From Patescibacteria group bacterium (lineage in GTDB: Bacteria > Patescibacteriota > Patescibacteriia > JACRDY01): a DNA stretch of 64,000 nt. Below are positions 56,883 through 64,000 of the stretch, in pieces. Under the pieces are notes generated by a model. It was not told the DNA's origin. It was given only the letters and a program-made list of their open reading frames with translations, and did not search any database. The translations under genes were made by a program, and so were the position numbers. Each line of letters opens with the position of its first letter. Positions within the stretch are counted from its first letter, which is position 1. The DNA lies in NCBI GenBank assembly GCA_041650515.1, contig JBAZLA010000001.1, positions 18,710 through 82,709 on the forward strand, written 5' to 3'.

Positions 56883-57899
56883 TTAAATAATATTTACTTT
56901 CCCACTACCTTTTACCACCTCACCCAGTTCGTAACTATTAATATCTCTAAACTCTAATTTCGTTTCTTTATCAACTATCAAAACCAAACCAATACCCATA
57001 TTAAAAACGTGATACATCTCCGATTCTATAACATTGCCAGTCTGCTGGATTAGGTCAAAAATTGGTAATACTGGCCAGCTACCTTTTTTAATCTGAACAT
57101 CAACCCCAGTAGGTAAAGTCCGGGGAATATTCTCAACAAACCCGCCGCCAGTGATATGAGCCATACCTTTGATTTGATCTAAAACCGACAAAATATACTT
57201 AGTATAATTAATGTGCGGCGCTAATAAAGCTTCACCAACGGTGACGTTTAAGCCTGCTGGTTGATCAGTAACTTTAAACCCGCCGACTTCAAGCAACACT
57301 TTGCGGGCTAGTGAATAGCCATTGGTGTGAAGTCCTGACGAAGGCAAACCAATCAGTTTATCACCGGGTTTAATGTTCCTGCCATCAATAATTTGTGATT
57401 TTTCAACAATGCCCATAATACAACCGGCAATATCATGTTCACCCGGCAAATAAACTCCGGGCATCTCGGCTGTCTCGCCGCCGATTAAAGAAACTCCAGC
57501 CTCGCAGCATTCGTCCACCATGCCTTTAATAATTTGCTCAAAAATATCTGGGCTTAATTTAGCCGTGGCGACGTAATCCAAAAAAGTTAAAGGTTTGGCG
57601 CCCTGAACTAAAATATCATCACAACAATGCGCCACAATATCCCGGCCAACCGTATCGTATTTCTGCATCAGCTGCGCCACTTTAAGCTTGGTACCCACAC
57701 CGTCGACTGATTGAACTAACACTGGTTCTTTATAATCTTTAGCTATTTGGCTCAGATCAAACATCGCGCCAAAAGTGCCTAAACCCGTCACCACACCAGC
57801 ACCAAAAGTAGTTTTGACCATGTCTTTTATCCGCCGAACACTCTCGTTACCAGCATCAATATCCACTCCGGCGTCTTTGTAAGAAATTGTTTTAGACAT
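56883..57899 (-). CDS. purM: AIR synthetase
   Basis: AIRS and AIRS_C domains; DAGVDIDAG N-terminal motif. Confidence 0.95.
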   Translation of the reverse strand: MSKTISYKDAGVDIDAGNESVRRIKDMVKTTFGAGVVTGLGTFGAMFDLSQIAKDYKEPVLVQSVDGVGTKLKVAQLMQKYDTVGRDIVAHCCDDILVQGAKPLTFLDYVATAKLSPDIFEQIIKGMVDECCEAGVSLIGGETAEMPGVYLPGEHDIAGCIMGIVEKSQIIDGRNIKPGDKLIGLPSSGLHTNGYSLARKVLLEVGGFKVTDQPAGLNVTVGEALLAPHINYTKYILSVLDQIKGMAHITGGGFVENIPRTLPTGVDVQIKKGSWPVLPIFDLIQQTGNVIESEMYHVFNMGIGLVLIVDKETKLEFRDINSYELGEVVKGSGKVNII

Positions 57900-57900
57900 A

Positions 57901-58887
57901 TTATAATAGTTCTTTGATCTCCTTAATTATATTTTCATCAACTTCTAAGTAACCTTTCTTTAAATTTTCTTTTCTAATTCTAGCGCTTTGTTCACCGGGC
58001 AGAAATATTTCCTTGACTCCCGGCGCTTTGCGCGAATTTTTCACTTCCTTAATTAACTTTTTGATCTCTCCGCCAAATTCGCCCAGTGGTATAAATACCT
58101 GCGGATCAAAACAGAAAAACAAAAATCCACGGGTAGTATTGGGTTCAATTTTAAACATACTACGGGTTAATATCTCCATCATTAATCCTAAAGCATATCC
58201 TTTATGACCGTCCCGGCCATCCAGGGGCAACAAAGCGGTAACGAGGTTTGGATCGGTTGTCAGCTGGCCATCTTTATCCAAGGCAGTATCGGTCGGTATT
58301 TTTTGGCCTATTTTAGCCGCTAAACGCACTTTACGCATGGCGATCTTAGACGTGGCAATATCCATCACAACCGGCGCATCTTTAGCCGGTATGCCGATAG
58401 CAATCGGGTTAGTACTTAAGACGGCATCGATCCCGCCCACTGGCGCTACTAACGGTCCGCCGCCATAATTAAAAACAAAACCAACTAGATTATTTTCCGC
58501 CATCATTTGCGCGTAAGTTCCCGGGACTAGATAAGAATGCATATTATAAATTCCCATCATGGCTATGCCATTCTGGCGAGCTTTCTCCATTAAAACCGGC
58601 ACATATTGCTTGCAAACTATCTGACCCAAGTTTTTCTGACCATCAATATATAAATAACTTTCCGTCTCTTTAATAATTTTTGCCTCGCCCTCGGGTTCAA
58701 TCTTTTTGGCCACAAAACCTTTGAATGAATTAAGGCCATGGCAAGTCCGGCCAGATATTTCATTACCCAAACACTCATCAACTACTGTTTCAGCGTCTTG
58801 GGCGCTCAGACCTTTCTTGATTAAAACCGCCAGACACATCTTTTTTATTTCTTCAATTTTGATCTTCATAAATGTCGCTGTTCGCAA
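57901..58887 (-). CDS. Ldh_2-family (malate / L-lactate / sulfolactate-type) NAD(P)H dehydrogenase
   Basis: Length and motifs (HGLNSF...GGGP...) fit PF02615. Confidence 0.7.
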   Translation of the reverse strand: MRTATFMKIKIEEIKKMCLAVLIKKGLSAQDAETVVDECLGNEISGRTCHGLNSFKGFVAKKIEPEGEAKIIKETESYLYIDGQKNLGQIVCKQYVPVLMEKARQNGIAMMGIYNMHSYLVPGTYAQMMAENNLVGFVFNYGGGPLVAPVGGIDAVLSTNPIAIGIPAKDAPVVMDIATSKIAMRKVRLAAKIGQKIPTDTALDKDGQLTTDPNLVTALLPLDGRDGHKGYALGLMMEILTRSMFKIEPNTTRGFLFFCFDPQVFIPLGEFGGEIKKLIKEVKNSRKAPGVKEIFLPGEQSARIRKENLKKGYLEVDENIIKEIKELL

Positions 58888-59020
58888 TTTGTTGTTTTGT
58901 CATCCCGAGCGAAGTCGAGGGATCTAATCTAAAGTACCAGCCAAAGTTTAATATCATTTTAGATTCCTCCACTCCCTCGATGGTCATCGGGGTCGGTCGG
59001 AATGACATTTTAATAAACGG
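58888..59020. repeat. GC-rich structured repeat, copy E, with long imperfect inverted arms
   Basis: gtcatcccgagcgaagtcgagggatctaatctaaa ... tttagattcctccactccctcgatggtcatcggggtcggtcggaatgac. The 3' module matches copy A. Confidence 0.7.
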
Positions 59021-59024
59021 CAAA

Positions 59025-61376
59025 CTATAATTTACTTCTTAACCCCTCCAGCCAAACTCGGGCCATTGTTGAAATATCTAAATTAATCCAATCATTAATT
59101 TTAAACTGACCATCAGCTGTGGTCTGACCCAGCTTCTGGGCTTGAACACCAAATTGGTTCATGATATCTTTAAACTTTTTTTCATCACTGACTTCGCAAA
59201 CAAACCCACCCGTTTCGGAAAATAGAAACTCAAAATTTTTGACTTTTGACTTTTGACTTTTGACTTCTATTCCCATCCGCTTTTCTCCGTGTCCGCCAAA
59301 ACACATCTCCGCTAATGTCGTCACTATTCCACCATCAGAAATATCGTGGCAAGCATTCACCACGCCCTGACTAATACTCTCCGCCACCGCCCAAATCTGA
59401 TTTTGGACCTGGGTAAAATCCGGTTTGGGTAGATTAGCCCCGAGCTCACCAATCAAATCATAAAGCACTGAACCGCCGAGCTCATCTTTTCTTTCACCAA
59501 CTAAATAAATCGCGCTACCCGGTTTTTTAAACTCCATGGTGACGGCTTGATTATAATCAGCTAACCGACCAACACAAGCAATAATCGGCGACGGCGCCAC
59601 GCTACCATTTTTTGATTCATTATAAAAACTAACATTACCCGAAATAATTGGGACAGCATTTTCTGGATATTCTTTGAGGTGTATACCTTTGCACGCCTCG
59701 GCCACGCCTTTGGTGCCTTGGACAAACTCCCACATCTGCTCGGGCTTTTCAGGATTACCAAAACAAAGACAATCCGTAATACATTGTGGTGTCGCGCCCA
59801 CCGCCGCCACATTGCGCATGGCTTCACAAACCGCGTTGGCACCGCACCAATAAGCATCAATCAGGCCATAACGGGGGTTGTGATCAACGGCTAGTGCCAT
59901 ACCCACTTTTTTGATCTCGTCAGGCCATTCTGGCTCTAAAAATGGCGCCAAAACACCGGCATCAGCTTGGCCCGACTCAATAATAGTTTGGCCTTGAACC
60001 TGCTTATCATATTGCTCATAAACTGCTAGGCGCGAGGCCACATTCTCGTGGGCCAAAACGTCTAGAACAGTTTTATTCAAATCTAAATTAGCTAATTTGC
60101 TAGAATCTGGTTCGGTCAAATTTTTCGTCCCCGGCAAATACTCGCGATTGTAAAGCAGACCTTCAGTCACCTGCTTACTTGGCGCATCAACTATTTTGGT
60201 GCCTTGATAATAGACCACATAATTACCATTGGTCACTTTGCCAATCACTGACGCCTGCGCGCCTTCGGATACTTTAGGCAGCGCCCAGCGCTCATTATAA
60301 TGAGAAACAATTAACGACGTAACATCAGGATGAGCTACCCACATAAACCGTTCTTGTGTTTCGGAACATAAAACCACCGATGGGTGTAAACCAGCCATCG
60401 AAATATGAACTTTTTCTAAATCAATATCCGCTCCCATCCCGGCACTATCCACTAGCTCAACCGAAGCACAACAAACACCGCCGGCGCCTAAATCTTTAAA
60501 ACCAACTTTAGCTAACAAATTTTTTTCTTTCAAAATTTTAAAAAGTTCGTAGGTGCTCTCAAGTAAATGACGTTTTAAAAAAGCATTGGGCTCCTGCACT
60601 GCGCCTTTATTTTGTTCTTTCTGCGTTTCGTCCAGCTCGAGTGAAGCAAACGATGCGCCACCAAAGCCAGAATTATCAGTCGGCTTGCCAACCAAAATGA
60701 TGTCATAACCTAGACTGTCTTTTGGCGCGCGAGAATGAATAACGTCGGATTCTCTTATCACCCCAATTGAGACAACGTTTACCAAACAATTGTCATTATA
60801 TGATGGATGGTAATATAGATCGCCAGCAATATTGGGTACGCCAATCGGGTTGCCATAGCCAGCAATGCCGCTAACCACGCCATCGTGAATCCATTTAGTT
60901 TTGTGAGTTTTAATATCGCCAAAACGAAGCGGATCAGCGCAAGCAATTACCTTGCCACCCATACAGATAACATCGCGGACAATACCGCCAATGCCGGTAG
61001 CCGCGCCTTCGTAGGGCACAATCTGCGAGGGATGGTTATGACTTTCATGAGAAATAATAATGCCATAACGATCACCATTGTTATCGCGAGCGATTTCAAT
61101 AATCCCCGAGTCCTCTTGTGGCCCAAGAATAACATTTGGCGCATCAGTGACAAACTGCTTAAGATGGGGCCGGGAACTTTTATATGAACAATGCTCGCTG
61201 CCTTCAATCCCCCAAACAACGGCTTCAGTCAGGGTTGGCGGTCGCTTAAGAATCTCAGTCTCAACTTTGCGCGCTTCAGCCACAGTTAAAGCAATGCCGT
61301 ATTTTTTTAGCATTTGTTTTACCTCATCATCCGAGTATTTGCTGAATTCGAGAATTGTTTCTTGAAATTGACTCAT
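59025..61376 (-). CDS. purL: FGAM synthase II (PurL, small form)
   Basis: Two AIRS and AIRS_C repeats. Contains an in-frame (TTTTGAC)x4 array at 59236-59267, encoding EVKSQKSKVK. Confidence 0.95.
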   Translation of the reverse strand: MSQFQETILEFSKYSDDEVKQMLKKYGIALTVAEARKVETEILKRPPTLTEAVVWGIEGSEHCSYKSSRPHLKQFVTDAPNVILGPQEDSGIIEIARDNNGDRYGIIISHESHNHPSQIVPYEGAATGIGGIVRDVICMGGKVIACADPLRFGDIKTHKTKWIHDGVVSGIAGYGNPIGVPNIAGDLYYHPSYNDNCLVNVVSIGVIRESDVIHSRAPKDSLGYDIILVGKPTDNSGFGGASFASLELDETQKEQNKGAVQEPNAFLKRHLLESTYELFKILKEKNLLAKVGFKDLGAGGVCCASVELVDSAGMGADIDLEKVHISMAGLHPSVVLCSETQERFMWVAHPDVTSLIVSHYNERWALPKVSEGAQASVIGKVTNGNYVVYYQGTKIVDAPSKQVTEGLLYNREYLPGTKNLTEPDSSKLANLDLNKTVLDVLAHENVASRLAVYEQYDKQVQGQTIIESGQADAGVLAPFLEPEWPDEIKKVGMALAVDHNPRYGLIDAYWCGANAVCEAMRNVAAVGATPQCITDCLCFGNPEKPEQMWEFVQGTKGVAEACKGIHLKEYPENAVPIISGNVSFYNESKNGSVAPSPIIACVGRLADYNQAVTMEFKKPGSAIYLVGERKDELGGSVLYDLIGELGANLPKPDFTQVQNQIWAVAESISQGVVNACHDISDGGIVTTLAEMCFGGHGEKRMGIEVKSQKSKVKNFEFLFSETGGFVCEVSDEKKFKDIMNQFGVQAQKLGQTTADGQFKINDWINLDISTMARVWLEGLRSKL

Positions 61377-61435
61377 CTTTAACTTGATTTTTTAGAAAAA
61401 TTTGCTAAGGTTCTAATTAATCATTGGAGGGGCAC

Positions 61436-61696
61436 ATGATAGTCATCAAAGGATTGTTGCTAGCCATCGGAATAGTCGCCAGTGTCGCCATACTATATGT
61501 GGTGGCCATTCGGCCAAAAAAGACAGTACCCCGCTGGAGTGGTGTGGTCATTCTCATCGGCGGAATTGCCTTAATTGGACTGGCATTCCTGCTCGAAAAA
61601 GATTCAACCATACACCTTTCCACCTGTAGCGGCATAATCGGCGTAATCTTCACCCTCGGAGGAGGCATCCACACTCTTTTCTGGGGTAAAGATTAA
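61436..61696 (+). CDS. Small (about 86-aa) three-TM membrane protein on the opposite strand, with SD GGAGGGG and its own terminator
   Basis: ATG at 61436 is preceded by ggaggggcac, the same 14-nt context as the 6292..6606 gene. Terminator actacc-atcccaa-cggtagt plus T7 at 61695-61723. Confidence 0.45.
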   Translation: MIVIKGLLLAIGIVASVAILYVVAIRPKKTVPRWSGVVILIGGIALIGLAFLLEKDSTIHLSTCSGIIGVIFTLGGGIHTLFWGKD

Positions 61697-61720
61697 ACTA
61701 CCATCCCAACGGTAGTTTTT

Positions 61721-61723
<3 letters not shown>
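61695..61723 (+). terminator. Rho-independent terminator; overlaps the purA stop and is probably bidirectional
   Basis: aaactaccatcccaacggtagttttttt. Confidence 0.6.
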
Positions 61724-63040
<1,317 letters not shown>

Positions 63041-63081
63041 TTACATCCTGCAGAGACGACTCGCGAGTTGCCTCTACAAGT

Positions 63082-63972
63082 TTATTTTAATTTAATTAGG
63101 CTACATGTCTCGGCCACCCGAACCGTATTAGCTAATAATTTCGCCACTGTCACCGGCCCAACCCCACCGGGAGTTGGCGTTACCAGACTAGCTTTTTTAT
63201 TGACAGTTTCAAACTCAATATCGCCATACATCTGGCCATCAACAAAACAAACGCCAGCATCAATCACCACCGCCCCTTCCCTAATCATCTCGCCGGTTAG
63301 TAAATTGTGTTTACCTACACCAGTAAAAATAATATCAGCATTTTTGGTAAACACTGACAGATCGGGTGTTGATCGGTTGCAAATTGATAGTGTCACTGGC
63401 TCATGCGCTAACATTGATGAGAGCGGCTTACCAATTAGTTCGCCCCGCCCCAGCATCACTACATATTTACCGATCCAGTCGATTTGATGATATTTCAAAA
63501 ATTCCAACATCGCGCTCGGTGTCGGCGGCAAAACCGTACTCTGGTTAAATAAAAGTTTACCCAAATTAAAAAAAGTCAAACAATCAACATCAACCTCGGG
63601 GTTGATACAATTGATGACCTTTTTACTAGCAATGTGTGCCGGTAGCGGCAATTGAACAATCAAGCCGGACAATTTATTCTCCGTCTGTATTTTTTGAATC
63701 TGACCAATCAGCGCCTCGGTCGTAATCGTAGTAGGGAATTCATAAAGCAAAAAATTAATCCCCACCTCGGCGCAAGCTTTACCTTTGTTGCGGACATAAG
63801 TCTGCGATGGTTTATCCTCACCAACCAAGACAACAGCCAGGCTAACTTCTATTCCTTGTTCGTTTAAAAGGGCCACCCGTTTTTTAAGGTCGGCCAAAAT
63901 TTCAGCAGCAATTTTTTTACCATCGGCAACAATCGCCATGCAGTTTAATTTATTGGCTAAGAACGCCTTCAT
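63082..63972 (-). CDS. folD: Methylenetetrahydrofolate dehydrogenase / cyclohydrolase
   Basis: THF_DHG_CYH domains. The conserved start is probably the internal Met MAIVADGKKIA at 63939. Confidence 0.9.
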   Translation of the reverse strand: MKAFLANKLNCMAIVADGKKIAAEILADLKKRVALLNEQGIEVSLAVVLVGEDKPSQTYVRNKGKACAEVGINFLLYEFPTTITTEALIGQIQKIQTENKLSGLIVQLPLPAHIASKKVINCINPEVDVDCLTFFNLGKLLFNQSTVLPPTPSAMLEFLKYHQIDWIGKYVVMLGRGELIGKPLSSMLAHEPVTLSICNRSTPDLSVFTKNADIIFTGVGKHNLLTGEMIREGAVVIDAGVCFVDGQMYGDIEFETVNKKASLVTPTPGGVGPVTVAKLLANTVRVAETCSLIKLK

Positions 63973-64000
63973 TATAGAATAAAATTAGCCAAAAGCCAAG

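Overview
The window is an AT-rich (by eye roughly 40% GC), gene-dense segment of a small-genome bacterium, with almost every native gene on the minus strand. The gene content looks Patescibacteria/CPR-like: a split comEC, extended ribosomal proteins, GT-C glycosyltransferases and 23S-IVS-type four-helix-bundle genes. That assignment is inference only; no GC value, alignment or search was computed.

Native backbone, in coordinate order:
- A contiguous ribosomal-protein block (rpsQ fragment, rpmC, rplP, rpsC, rplV, rpsS, rplB, rplW, rplD, rplC) and a tRNA-Thr(GGU).
- ndk, then a split comEC.
- A roughly 13-kb cell-surface glycan cluster: two GT-C membrane glycosyltransferases, a flippase-like membrane protein, a SAM methyltransferase, a kinase, two tandem CapK/PaaK-like adenylating enzymes, GT4, a GT2 polyprenyl-phosphate glycosyltransferase, an NAD-dependent epimerase and ugd.
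- ahcY plus a PfkB kinase, a nucleotidyltransferase, leuS, rnhB, gdhA, an aminotransferase, trxB, trxA, infB and truB.
- A near-complete de novo purine pathway (purH, purN, purD, purF, purB, purE, purC, a purQ-purS fusion, purM, purL, purA) plus folD.

Three things on top of this backbone deserve the most attention:
1. A pervasive family of hairpin elements whose arms are tandem heptamers (AGTATGC, GTACTAG and CGAACCG types). Two copies enclose four-helix-bundle (23S-IVS/Avd-like) genes as inverted-repeat cassettes. Many short in-frame arrays of the same heptamers sit inside housekeeping genes, and PurL and PurQ-S carry the identical KSQKSKVK insert.
2. At least five small GC-rich loci whose genes have canonical AAGGAGG ribosome-binding sites, and in some cases their own promoters and terminators. 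They sit inside a genome whose native genes mostly lack such sites, which points to foreign origin.
3. Two further GC-rich structured repeat families: a MITE-like element in five copies, one with a 27-bp target duplication, and a GGGGAGG-palindrome cloverleaf element in two copies.

Smaller observations:
- LeuS carries an inserted YdeN/RBBP9-type alpha/beta hydrolase domain.
- A tRNA 3'-half-like fragment sits next to a consensus promoter and terminator.
- rpsJ and tuf are absent upstream of rplC.
- One alpha/beta hydrolase gene looks frameshifted.
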